Source: Octopus sinensis (lineage: Eukaryota). Taken from it: a DNA stretch of 64,000 nucleotides. The notes under the pieces are model-generated. The model ran no database searches and had not been told where the DNA came from. It saw only the letters and a list, made by a program, of their open reading frames with translations. The position numbers and the translations under genes are program-made. Shown here piece after piece: positions 50,786-63,231 of this stretch. Each line of letters opens with the position of its first letter. The first letter of the stretch is position 1. The stretch lies in contig NC_043017.1 in assembly GCF_006345805.1 (NCBI RefSeq), positions 33,728,001 to 33,792,000 on the forward strand. The letters are read 5' to 3'.

Positions 50786-51339
50786 CGGTTTATTTCTTAT
50801 ATTAAAAATGTTTATGTATTGATTAAGTCTTTCCTTGTTTGTTTTGCAAAATAGTGGTTTTGTCTCGAATTAATATTATATATATATTATATTATATACG
50901 CAAACGTATATGTGTGTGTGATAATGTGTATATCTATGTATAGACATACGTACATACATACATACAGACACACAGACAGACAGATAGACAGACAGACAGT
51001 CAGATAGATTGATAGATAGATGGATATGTGCCTCTTTTCTGTATGGGTTTGTATAGCAAGTATTTGGATCATATTTGATTCTTATAAATTTAGAAAGCTC
51101 CAGTTGATATATTCTGTGGTCAAACATTTTATAGGCAGAAATTTGAGGCAGAAAATTGCGACCAGCCAAATTATTTAAAGGCATAGATTCTTATCGATAA
51201 ATAAATATTTGAGAATGATAACAATTGCAACAGTGCCAGATGTAGACTGGCACTTCAAGAGTATGTAGATTAATGTAAATTAAGCTAGATTTTGAAATAT
51301 TTCACTTTCTCGTTGCAGAAGACACTTGGATTTGAAATA

Positions 51340-51566
51340 TTGGTTTCAAATTTTAGCACAAGGCCGGTAGTTACAGGGAGACAGAGGAAGTCGGTTATAT
51401 CGACCCAGTGCTCAAGTGGTACTAATTACATCGACCCTTAAAACATAAAAGGCGAGATGAAAGGTGAGGTCGATCTCGGTGGAATTTGAACTCCGAACGT
51501 AAATACAGGCGAAACACCTCTGAGCATTTTGCACGACGTGCTAATGATTCTGCCACCTTGCCGCAT
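51340..51566 (-). mobile_element. SINE family 3, degraded
   Basis: ATCGACCCAGTGCTC...GGAATTTGAACTCCGAACG...GATTCTGCC. Confidence 0.65.
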
Positions 51567-52456
51567 TACTTAGCTTTCAAATATTTCTGTCGGGAAAAAG
51601 ATAGATAATACATGTTACACTGCAATATTTCCGAAGCTTATACGACTACTTCTTGCATAACTGAGCGAGTTTAGCAGGAAGTCATTGCAATACTGATCAT
51701 AAATAGTTAATGCTGGCAATGCTAAAGAAATGAATTCGAACTCGCTTTGTGTTCTTCATGTGTCGGATGCTTATAAGATATAAGATCCCATATCATCATG
51801 TAATAATAATGTTATGATGAACCGGTCACTAACACCTGAAGAGACAAACATACATGCTTTCTCCAAAATATAACATTTATTTCTATGCTTTGCAATTTAC
51901 TTGTCTTCTTTTAGCAACTGAATACTCTTCGTAACAGGCATATACTATAGAGCCATTATTTGTGCAGCCAATGTATTCCCGTTAGAGCTTCATAATGTTT
52001 ATACGCAGTGGTAGTCGCAGATATTATCAGCTATATCAGAGGAATGCTTTATATAATTACTTTATAGGGATTAAATGATATGCTACAGGACATGTAGTTA
52101 TCAGATTTATATAAAAGAAGAGTCGTTGCTTTGTCACTTGAACGGTCTAAGTAACAGAAGCGTTAACCCATTGAATACAGGTTTAGGGATGAAAATTGTT
52201 ATATACGAGAGATATCATTATTTACTGACGCTTCTATCTATGGTTAGATTGCAATAAGACTTAGTGTCGCAATTATTCAATACATAAGACACCATAAGAG
52301 GGTGTTAAGAGCGGCATTGAAATGCAGTGTATTCGCATATTGACAAGAGTGTTTAATGTCAAAGTTGTAATATGAATGCACACATACAATCTTGTAAAGA
52401 CGCACACACACGCACACACACACATACATTTATGCATAAACAAATATACATACGCT

Positions 52457-52502
<46 letters not shown>

Positions 52503-52613
52503 CGTACATAAATACATACACGCACTGTGTTTACTCGTAGATACACAGACATTGGCACCAACAAAAAATCTCAAACAATCAATATAGCGTATATTTATAT
52601 ATGTGCATATATG

Positions 52614-52645
<32 letters not shown>

Positions 52646-53339
52646 ATGTATATATATAGATATATACATATATATGGGTGTGTGTATATACATATTACAT
52701 ATTGCATATGTGTATGTGCGCGCGTGTAAGTATATATATATATATTTATATATACATCTACATATACATACAGACCCCAACATGTGTATACATATATGAT
52801 TGAATCTTCTACTGCATATGTCGCTATATAACGCCAGCAGCATTTGTGCATTTGAAAAGGTTAAACGTTACAGTTCGATAAATCCATGCAAGATGATAAA
52901 AGTTGCAATGCAAAAAGATAAGTGAAAAAAAAAAGACAGAAAACGATAACGTGAGTAAAAGCTTCAATAAGTGCTATGGGGAATCCCGATTGTTCTCGAA
53001 AGTAAAACTTGATTAACACTCGTTGTTCTTCATTTTGTATGTGTATGTTAAACACAGATACAAAGGTGCGCAAACACGGGCGCCTAAAAACATACATGTA
53101 CACAGAATATATACCCAAGCAGTACGTGTGTGTGTGTGTGTGATTCTCTGCGTGTATTGAGCTTGTGTTTCCTCGGAATCGGTTATAAATAGTAGGAAGA
53201 CAAGGATCCGCTAAACGCAAACAGGTGCCTCATCCTATCTCTTTTGCAATAAATAAATTATTTCTGTGGCAAACAATGAACTTTCTCTTTCATATTCGCA
53301 GTGGGTAGTGACGTTCTATGCTTATTTATATATTCATAT

Positions 53340-53383
<44 letters not shown>

Positions 53384-53386
<3 letters not shown>

Positions 53387-53659
53387 TAAAAGCAATTAAG
53401 ATTCAAGTGAGTTCTGTTGAATTCACATGAATGCGGTACTTAACTTAGATGCACCAGAAATCTATATGGTGTTAACCATAAGATAATGCGGGGTGATTAT
53501 AAATAAGAAAAAAGCAACAAGAATGGATCAATATTTCGGTACAATTGTTTCGTACGAAGACAGCTTTATTAAGGCTACAAATATTTGTAGCCTTAATAAA
53601 GCTGTCTTCGTACGAAACAATTGTACCGAAATTTGATCCATTCTTGTTGCTTTTTTCTT

Positions 53660-53660
<1 letters not shown>
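53384..53660. mobile_element. 157-bp palindrome (53504-53660) plus ~120-nt tail, containing half-HHRs
   Basis: Loop-less centre TACAAAT|ATTTGTA; each arm has GAAAC AATT GTA CCGAAA but no CTGANGA. Confidence 0.8.
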
Positions 53661-53734
<74 letters not shown>

Positions 53735-53767
53735 TGTATGTATGTATGTATATCTATCTATCTATGT

Positions 53768-53820
<53 letters not shown>

Positions 53821-53823
<3 letters not shown>

Positions 53824-54003
53824 GGAGTAAACACATAAATGAGAAACAAGGTGGAAAGAAGAGTACTCAAATACCAGGGGTAGAGTAATATGCTTTATTT
53901 AAAAGCAGCAGAAATTCAACAAAACCTGTTATTCGGAGTTTCACATTCACGTTCGTTACTCGGAGTTTCACGTTTGTTGAATTTCTGCTGCTTTTAAATA
54001 AAG
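53821..54003. mobile_element. PLE-type unit with a 31-bp fold-back and a duplicated HHR 3' half
   Basis: Arms 53893-53923 and 53973-54003; spacer has two copies of GTTAYTCGGAGTTTCAC (minus strand GAAACTCCGARTAAC). Confidence 0.7.
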
Positions 54004-54836
54004 TATATATATATATATATATTCATATATATATCTATGTATGTATGTATATGTATATATGTATATCTATCTATTTATATATCTATCTATTTATATATAT
54101 ATATATATTTTTAGTTTCAGCTCACAAGCTGTAGCCATGCTGGGGCACCGATACATATATATATATGTCTGTATGTGTATAATCATGTATCTCGAAAAAA
54201 TATAGAAGACGGATACTGAAAGAGAGATCAAAGAAAGAAGAGAAATATAAACTGACACAATTTACTTTCGAGATGTGATTAACAATATTCATTTCTGATT
54301 GCCTTTTCTAAAGATAGAAGAATTTAGCTACCAATTTTCTGTGTTGTGAAAACAAGATGTTACTTGTAGGGTATAGCCGTACATTCCCATCAAACACTAC
54401 TAACAGTGAAGTGTTTAGCACTTCAAATGTTTTCATTTTCCACCATACTATCCTCCGGCGATAGCAATATTTTTACAAATCATAAATTTACTTGGATACA
54501 TTGACGTATATTTCTTAACGCTTGTCAAACAAATATCTAGATGAACATAAGTTTCCCATATTGAAAAATAGAAATATTTTCATTCTTCTTCTTTCTCGGT
54601 ATCACAACAACAAACGAAGTGCAATAAATCTGAATCCGACACGCGATTACGACTATCTAATACCTTTATTCAATAGAAGAAAACATGCCACTTTTCAGCA
54701 TACGATTATACTGGATAAGAATACGTGTATATTTTCGTGTGTGGTTAATGCGATATCCTCCAAAATATCTAATACAAAAATCGAACATTTGTATCTATCT
54801 ATCTATCCATCTATCTATCTGTGTGTATATATATAA

Positions 54837-55043
54837 AGTTAATCCAAACACGAAAACACAAAGAGAAAACACACAACGCGAGGATGTGGAACAAATATAG
54901 TATTATTGGACGCTCAGGAAGGAAGGGAAGAAGGAGGTTTTAACGTTTCGAGCGGAGCCCTTCGTCAGAAACATAGGAAAAGGAAAGTTCTAGGGAAGGA
55001 AAGACGGAGGAAAAAAATCGCCAACGGTACACACGCGGTCACA
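54837..55043 (-). mobile_element. Family X unit
   Basis: Minus strand GTTT CTGACGA A GGGC TCC GCTC GAAAC GTT AAAAC. Confidence 0.75.
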
Positions 55044-56614
55044 TTTTATATAAGGAGTACAACGGATATGTTTCACCACTATAAGGGAAGAAAATTTCAT
55101 TTCTGCTTTGCGAGTGGCAAGAAAATGTTAATTCTTAACTCTCTAGCTTGCATTGAAGTGGTACTTTCTAGACATGGACATCATAACAAAATGTACGGAT
55201 GGATGGGAATAAATTCAGAAGTCAAGCTTCTGGAAAATAGAGAACTTCAAAGTAAGAAGAATTTAAAGTACTTTTATATGTACTAACAATATCTTATAGG
55301 TGAATGTAAAAAAATATCCTACAATATTTACTTGATTGCCATAGAAAAATAATGTCTACATTTGGCAAAAAGTGCAAACTTTGATTTGCTCATTTCTGAA
55401 AATGTGGATTCTATGAAGATTCGATTACAAAGGAAGGACCCAGACAATCACTACATATTTAACGACCTGTTACGATAAGCAGTCTAATCCTTCTGAAGTC
55501 ACTCTATTGCAGTTCTATTGCAGAACTATTGCAGTTCTAAAGACTGAAACACTCTTCACCCTCCATAAATCAGGGTCATTGAAGAAATCTGAAGGGATTT
55601 GGTCGTTTCTATTTAAGGAAAGTCGATATGCAAAGAAACAATCCCTAACCAGGATTTGTTTGATGAACAGGGGGAAAGTGAAAGTGAAATGAATATCAAC
55701 GCCTTACAGAATTGAACTGATATCCTAAATTATTTTATAAGCTATTTTGAGTGGCACTCTATGGAATCAACTGTACGCCAAATTTTTGTCAATACTTACG
55801 AAAATATTTGATTTTTTTGTAGGTGCGACAGTATTTGTGGTGCCACTTATTTTGGTACACAATTGTGACAGTTATAAGAAGAACATACTGGAAATATCAA
55901 TTCTTTCTATAACCTCGGGATGTAACTTAATAAATAATTCAAAATAAATATTTGCTTTTGTTTTATTTAGCACTAAATGGAGAAAAAAGGAAGAGAAAAA
56001 CGCATTATGTTCTTATGTTTTTACCTTAGGTCTCTTTTTCAGATATATTTTCATTTCAAACAATAACTAAACATCCGGGACTTAATCTTTTTACTTTAAT
56101 CTGTTTTGTTGCAACACAGCTATATTTTCCTTTTATTTTGTTTCGTGTTAACTTTATGTACAATCTACTTGTTCTTGTGTTAACTGTAAATACTAGAGCT
56201 TTTTTTATTTCGTAATTGTAAATGTTTATTTTTGTTCGTTTTCATGTTTTATATCTTAATTATTTCCATTCTTATACGAATCATTTACTATTTCACAAAA
56301 AAATATATATAGTAGAAAGAATGAAAAAAAAAGCAATTTTAATTATGTAAATAGCTAATAATGAGCTCGAGAAAGCAAATTTTTATTAATCCATAATTAA
56401 TTGCTCGATAATTAATTAAAGATTTCATAAATTAGGCAAAGATTTTAAAATTCAAAACTATAAACGAAAGAAAAATGCAAGTAAATGAGCAGTAAGCAAT
56501 AAGAAAGTAAACCAGCCAAAGATTGTCTTAAAATGTTACATTGCACGCATACAATTCCTCACTCGCTCTGTCCCATTCCCCCAGTCTCGAACTCTCTCTC
56601 CCCTTCAGTCTCTC

Positions 56615-56661
<47 letters not shown>

Positions 56662-56664
56662 ATA

Positions 56665-57077
56665 TTCTCTTTTATTCTCTTTTACTTGTTTCAGTCATTT
56701 GACTGCGGCCATGCTGGAGCACTGCCTTTAGTCGAGCAACTCGTCCCCGGGACTTATTCTTTGTAAGCCCAGTACTTATTCTATCGGTCTTTTGCCAAAC
56801 CGCTAAGTGACGGGGACGTAAACACACCAGCATCGGTTGTCAAGCAATGCTAGAGGGACAAACACAGACACACAGACACACACACATACATATATATATA
56901 TACATACATATATACGACAGGCTTCTTTCAGTCTCCGTCTACCAAATCCACTCACAAGGCATTGGTCGGCCCGGGGCTATAGCAGAAGACACTTGCCCAA
57001 GATGTCACGCAGTGGGACTGAACCCAGAACCATGTGGTTGGTTAGCAAGCTACTTACCACACAGCCACTCCTGCGCC
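56665..57077 (-). mobile_element. SINE family 1
   Basis: Full copy. Confidence 0.85.
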
Positions 57078-57226
57078 TATATATATATATATAAAGGGGT
57101 AGTTTACGAAAATAAACAAAAGACGAAGGCAGGTGGTGTACAAACAAACAGATGTATTAGTATATATATATATATCGTCTTCTAAGAGTTATATGTTCTT
57201 GTCCATGTTGTATTTTTCTACATACC

Positions 57227-57295
<69 letters not shown>

Positions 57296-57507
57296 GGGGG
57301 CAATGGTGACAATAAGAACCAAAGGTGTCAGGTAATGCTAAGTAGGTGCTATGAGTAAACCATAGTTAAGCCCCAGGTTCGGGGATTATGCGAATAAGGA
57401 GTCCAACGTACGTCATATATCAGCATGTATACATATTAAAAAAAAATTCGGAATGGGATAAAAAAAAGCCAAAGCTGTGAAGATTTTAGAACATTTATAA
57501 ATAAAAG

Positions 57508-57555
57508 GTCTTACGGCTGTTTCCTGGATATTTATTATATCCCTTCATCGGAGAC
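57508..57555 (-). ncRNA. HHR-like motif (U4C variant) in a PLE-type fragment
   Basis: GTCT CCGATGA AG GGATAT AATAA ATATCC AG GAAAC AGCC GTA AGAC. Confidence 0.5.
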
Positions 57556-57885
57556 GGTGTGAGAAAATGGTTATTCAATAGTTAATTTAGATAAGATACG
57601 AAACAGAGAGTGAAGTGGAGGAGTGAAAATAGATGTACGATATGCAGGGATATTGCATTATGATGAAATATCTGTGTTCAAAAGTAAGGCAGTGAGGAGT
57701 AGCTGCAACGTCTTAGCCGTATGCATTTCTAAATTTGTATATTTCCACAAAAGTGCGGCAATAGAAAATATCTTACTTTTCAAAATGTGGTCAAATTTCA
57801 ATGAAACTAAAACGCAAATTCTTCCTTTGAATATATCTCTATCGTTTATAAAATATATATTTAAATGTAACTATGCTTACTCTTA

Positions 57886-58297
57886 CGCTTTACTCTTTTA
57901 CACTTTTACTTGTTTCAGTCATTTGACTGCGGCCATGCTGGAGCACAGCCTTTAGTCGAGCAACTCGACCCCGGGACTTATTCCTTTTGTAAGCCCAGTA
58001 CTTATTCTATCGGTCTCTTTTGCCGAACCGCTAAGTAACGGGGACTTAAACACACCAGCATCGGTTGTCAAGCAACGCTAGGGGGACAAACACAGACACA
58101 CAAACACACACACGCATATATATATACATATATACGACGGGCTTCTTTCAGTTTCCGTCTACCAAATCCACTCACAAGGCATTGGTCGGCCCGGGGCTAT
58201 AGTAGAAGACACTTGCCCAAGATGCCACGCAGTGGGACTGAACACGGAACCATGTGGCTGGTTAGCAAGCTACTTACCACACAGCCACTCCTGCGCC
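57886..58297 (-). mobile_element. SINE family 1
   Basis: Full copy. Confidence 0.85.
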
Positions 58298-58625
58298 TAT
58301 GCTTATTTGCTTATTTAAAATATATGAAAGAAAGAAATATATTCTGGGAACATTTTGTGAAAATTAGTACTGTAGACGAAAACCGGTCAAACTGGAAAAG
58401 TTGTAACGCTGTTTTTTTTAAAGAGAAAATAGCATAATTAAGCTTATTTCTAAAACACAACTTAAAGGTTTCGATCTATATAAATTTCGTCAAGATCGGT
58501 AAGTACACAAATATAAAGAGGCAAAAATGTAATCAAATTTGAATGGATGTAAAGTATAAATTTTGCCTTTAAGCAATCGTTTCTCTACCATGCTAAATAA
58601 TATGTAAATTTTCAGCATATATATA

Positions 58626-58833
58626 TATTTCTTTATTGCCCTCAAGGGGCTAAACATAGAGGGGACAAACAAGGACAGACAAAGGGATTAAGTCAATTAC
58701 ATCGACCCCAGTGCGTAACTGGTACTTAATTTATCGACCCCGAAAAGATAAAAGGCAAAGTCGACCTCAGCGGAATTTGAACTCAGAACGTAACGGCAGA
58801 CGAAATGCTAACGTTTCTGCCAGCTCGCCGCCT
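58626..58833 (-). mobile_element. SINE family 3, young copy
   Basis: Nearly identical to 32543-32766. Confidence 0.85.
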
Positions 58834-59450
58834 TCTCGATTTTCACCATTCATAACCGATCTAAGCTACGCTTAAATTATTGCAATACAAAGAAAATTAT
58901 GAAGCACATGATGAAAGTTGTAAATAACGAGCAAATCTCTAATTTTTAGCAAAATATAATAATTGCATTTAACTGGCGTAATTAATTAACAAAAATATTC
59001 GAAAATATATGAGCATATATTAAAATTTGATAATGCAATTTGAATTAGAAAATTATCATTGGCAAATTAAATATCTTCGTTAAATGATTTTAACCTGCTC
59101 AAAAGTATAAAATGTGTTTTAAAATTATTATTCAAAAGAAATTTCTCAAATGTTTGGGAATCTGCTAATGTGACAATAACAATATCATAGCCGTTTACTC
59201 ATACTCCTCTGGCCCTTTTCCGTCACTTTCTTCCTGATCATCATATCTGGATGTAGCAAAGATAGGAAACTATGCAGAAGAACTGTGCAGAGAAACGTCA
59301 AACACCAATGCAATTTTCTACGTGATGACATATGAATTATTGTCAGTCAATTGACATGGCTTATCACGTCCACATGGGATGCATTGCTGCCTGATCTACA
59401 GAGAATAACACGTGAAGCTGGTGTTTCTTGGGGTTGTAAACGTGATCAAA

Positions 59451-59621
59451 GGCGCAGGAGTGGCTGTGTAGTAATTAGCTTGCTAACCAACCACATGGTT
59501 CCGGGTTCAGTCCCACTGCGTGGCATCTTGGGCAAGTGTCTTCTGCTATAGCCCCGGGCTGACCAATGCCTTGTGAGTGGATTTGGTAGACGGAAACTGA
59601 AAGAAGCCTGTCGTATATATG

Positions 59622-59652
<31 letters not shown>

Positions 59653-59863
59653 ATGTCTGTGTTTGTCCCCCTAGCATTGCTCGACTAAAGTTGATGCTGG
59701 TGTGTTTACGTCCCCGTCACTTAGCGGTTCGGCAAAAGAGACCGATAGATTAAGTACTGGGCTTACAAAGAATAAGTCCCGGGGTCGATTTGCTCGACTA
59801 AAGGCGGTGCTCCAGCATGGCCGCAGTCAAATGACTGAAACAAGTAAAAGAATAAAAGAATAA
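59451..59863 (+). mobile_element. SINE family 1
   Basis: Full copy with (GAATAAAA)n tail. Confidence 0.85.
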
Positions 59864-60119
59864 ACCACTTTTGCTTTAAACTGGGTAACGTACGTTGTAC
59901 AACTTACTGACTCGTGTTGTTCAATTCCTCGACTGCTTCCTTACTGGCTTTTTCCTCATTCGTTTCGGGTTCTTTGTTGGTTTTTTAAAATAATTCCTTT
60001 TTTGAGAAATTACCAATTTACTTTTGACTAGAGTTTTGTCATTTTATAGAAATATTTGTTCTTTATATTTCAAATTTTTTTTTTAGTTTTTTGTTTCTTT
60101 TGTTTGTCTTTTTCTTTTA

Positions 60120-60260
60120 TTAGGTTGTCCCAAAAGTTCGTAAACACTTGCGAAAATTGAATTTTTACCCGCCAAGTACTAACAAAAACAACAAAAATTA
60201 TTCCTCAAAATAAAGACCATTATTCTCCAAGACTTTCTACGAACTTTTGGGACAACCTTA
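60120..60260. mobile_element. 141-bp mariner-type mini-MITE
   Basis: TA|TTAGGTTGTCCCAAAAGTTCGTA ... TACGAACTTTTGGGACAACCTTA|TA. Confidence 0.85.
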
Positions 60261-60465
60261 TAGTTATTTGCAACTGTGAAATCGTTGGTCGCAGATAGCG
60301 AGACAAACAGGAAAAATACGGGTGCAGAAATGTTTTAATCATTTGAACCTGGAAATGGAAGACGAAACATGTGGCAATTGTCGTTGGAATTGGATTTGAA
60401 TAATTCTTTGTATTTAGTTTCATGCAAATTTCTAAGTACAACATCTTTTTGCTTATTTAAGACAT

Positions 60466-60700
60466 TAGACGGCGGCCATGCTGGGGCATCGTCTTAAACA
60501 ATTGTTAGTCTTATGAATTGACCCCAGCACTTATTTTTCGTTTAAGCCTGGTATATATTGTATATTCTATCGACCTATTTTTTGCCGAACCGCTCGGTTA
60601 CTGGGATGTAAACACATCAACACTGGTTATCGAGTGGTGGTGGTGGTGGTGGGACAAGCACAGACACAAAGACACACACGTTCTCACATACACACACATA
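60466..60700 (-). mobile_element. Old SINE family 1-related 3' fragment
   Basis: GCGGCCATGCTGGGGCA...TTTGCCGAACCGCT...GGACAAGCACAGACAC. Confidence 0.55.
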
Positions 60701-60740
60701 TGCGTATATGTATATATGTATGTATGTATATTATATATAT

Positions 60741-61036
60741 ATCACCGTCACCGGGACCGACCAGGCTATCAGATGTTGCTACACATCGCTGGTCACAATG
60801 CGCTTCGCATTGTTTTAGCCTTCAAATGACGCCACCCCGCTGGCTAAGCGGGCAGGCCAACACAAGAAAGAGTGAGAGAAAGTTGTGACAAAAGAGTACT
60901 GCAGGGATCGCCACCCCCCCCTGCCGGAGCGTAGTGGAGCTTTAGGTGTTTTCGCTCAATAAACAATCACAACGCCCGGTCTGGAAATCTAAACCGCGAG
61001 TCCGCTGCCCTAACCATTGGGCCATTGCGCCTCCAC
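60741..61036 (-). mobile_element. SINE family 2, tail type A
   Basis: Reverse-complement match to 13246-13560. Confidence 0.85.
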
Positions 61037-61038
61037 AT

Positions 61039-61077
<39 letters not shown>

Positions 61078-61081
61078 ATGT

Positions 61082-61480
61082 TAATATTAATTCGAGACGA
61101 AACCACTATTTTGCAAAACAAACAAGGAAAGACTTAATCAATACATAAAAATTTTAATATAAAGAAATAAACCGCCACTACAATCGTTTCATGTCTTCAA
61201 TGACATTCGTCAGGTGGATTTTCGATCTCCTAATCTGATTAGGAGATCGAAAATCCACCTGACAAATGTCATTGAAGACATGAAACGATTGTAGTGGCGG
61301 TTATTTCTTTATATTTAAAATGTTTATGTATTGATTAAGTCTTTCCTTGTTTGTTTTGCAAAATAGTGGTTTCGTCTCGAATTAATATTATATAATATTT
61401 TACTGTAAAATTGGATTTAATCCTAAATCTGATTTTTTCCCTGTAAATTTGGATTTATTCCCTAATATTTATTATTATTT
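61082..61480. mobile_element. Second palindromic HHR insert (arms 61082-61390), same family as 50468-50882, opposite orientation
   Basis: Centre CTCCTAATC-T-GATTAGGAG at 61236; HHR at 61175-61217 (minus, intact) and 61255-61297 (plus, CTGACAA variant). Confidence 0.85.
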
Positions 61481-61501
61481 ATATATATATATATATATAT
61501 A

Positions 61502-61707
61502 TGACCGAGTGTGTATCGTTGGCGATTTTTTCCCTCCATCTTCCCTTCCTTGGATCTTTCCTTTACCTATGTTTCTGACGAAGAGTTCCGCTCGAAACTT
61601 TAAATCCTCCTTCTTACTTTACTTCCTGAGCGTCGAATAACACTATACTTGTTCCACGTCCTCGCATTATTGTGTTTTCTCTTTGTGTTTTCATGTTTGG
61701 ATTAACT
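61502..61707 (+). mobile_element. Family X unit, more diverged
   Basis: GTTTCTGACGAAGAGTTCCGCTCGAAAC; same ends as other copies. Confidence 0.7.
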
Positions 61708-62264
61708 TTCTGTCCAGCAAGTCCGAAGCTATTGTAGAAAATACTCGCACAAGGTGTCACGCAGTGGGACAGAACCCGGAAACATGTGGTTGGTAAACAA
61801 GCCTTCTACGACACAGCTATATTCTACATCCCCCTCATAAAAACTCATTCTTTACAGAGCTGCCTATATTTACACCCTATACGTTTAAAAATGGTAGATG
61901 ATAAGAGGGAAAGAAACACTTTTGTCTTTCAATATTTAAAAACTTTCAGCTGCATTAAACGTACTTTGGCTGACATATTTTCATGCACAGATATGTGTTC
62001 ATCCATGGAGTGAGGGTAACAAAGGTGCGCATATTTGTAAACAAGCAGGAAAATTTCTGATCTGTACCAAAACACTGTAATTATGTTTTCCAGCAAAATT
62101 AATTATCCAAAATAATAGATAATTAAATATATTCCAAAAGATATGAAAATATATTAAAATTTGATAAATTAATAAACGTATGAATTAGAAACTGAACGTT
62201 ACCAAATTTAATACATGATAAAAAATATACCTTACAAAATGATTTTTCCTTCATTAATAACGAT

Positions 62265-62421
62265 TGTGTGGTAAAAGGTTTACTTCCTAAACACACGTAC
62301 GTTTCTGGGTTCAGTTCCAGTGCGTAGCACCTTCGGAAAATGTCTTCTACTGTAGCCCCGAGCCGAACAAAAGCTTGTGAGTGGATCTGATTGACGGAAG
62401 CTGAAAGAAGCCTATCGTATA
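62265..62421 (+). mobile_element. SINE family 1, degraded 5' half
   Basis: TGTGTGGTAA...GGGTTCAG...GACGGAAGCTGAAAGAAGCC. Confidence 0.6.
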
Positions 62422-62489
62422 GGAATACATAAAAATATTCCATTCATGCACCGAATGAGATGGCGAGCCTACTTCCACGACCGAAAAGA

Positions 62490-63193
62490 GGAAGGTTCTA
62501 GCAGCACCATAAAGAATTTCCAAAAATAGGTTGAGATCTAAACAGGGATAACGCACATTTCACCTTATTTAACCCTTCCAGAATAGAGGTAGAAAAATAT
62601 AGGAATACGTTATTCAAGTTCTTCAAAAACATAGGGCTTGCCATCTCAGTAGGGAAGGAGCACAACACAGTCAAATTTTTAGACGTTACACTAAACCTAA
62701 GTACTGGAATATATAAACCAAACAATAAAACCAATGAAAACTTTAAATACATTCACAAAAATAGTAATCACCCCAAGTGTGTGACCAAATCCATAGCAGC
62801 TAACATTTCAACCCGCATATCGAATCTATCAGCCAACGAGAAAATATTTAGGTTAAACGAAGATTACCCTAACTTAGCACTAGAGAAGGCAGGGTATAAA
62901 GAAAATTTAATATTCAACGAAGGTAACTAAAACAAGTAAGATGCATATAGTAATGTAACCTGTTCAGACCCTAATTAAAATACACAAAATAACCATAAAA
63001 ACCCACAAAACCCTCATAGGAGGATAAAGAAAAATGTAAAAGCGAAGAAGAATGAGAACATAGGCGACAAGCCCTGGAGAGAATGGCAAGGATTCGAACG
63101 AGAATGAACTCCACACGGAAGTAAATAGCCGAAACAACAGCGGAAGCATTATTACGCTGTACATTAGAAATGATGAAGACCACCGTAGACATA

Positions 63194-63231
<38 letters not shown>

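Larger units (their letters stand above)
50468..50882. mobile_element. Palindromic PLE-type insert (arms 50550-50882) with an HHR on each strand
   Basis: Near-perfect ~330-bp palindrome centred at about 50716, plus ~80-nt tail to (TA)n. Confidence 0.85.
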
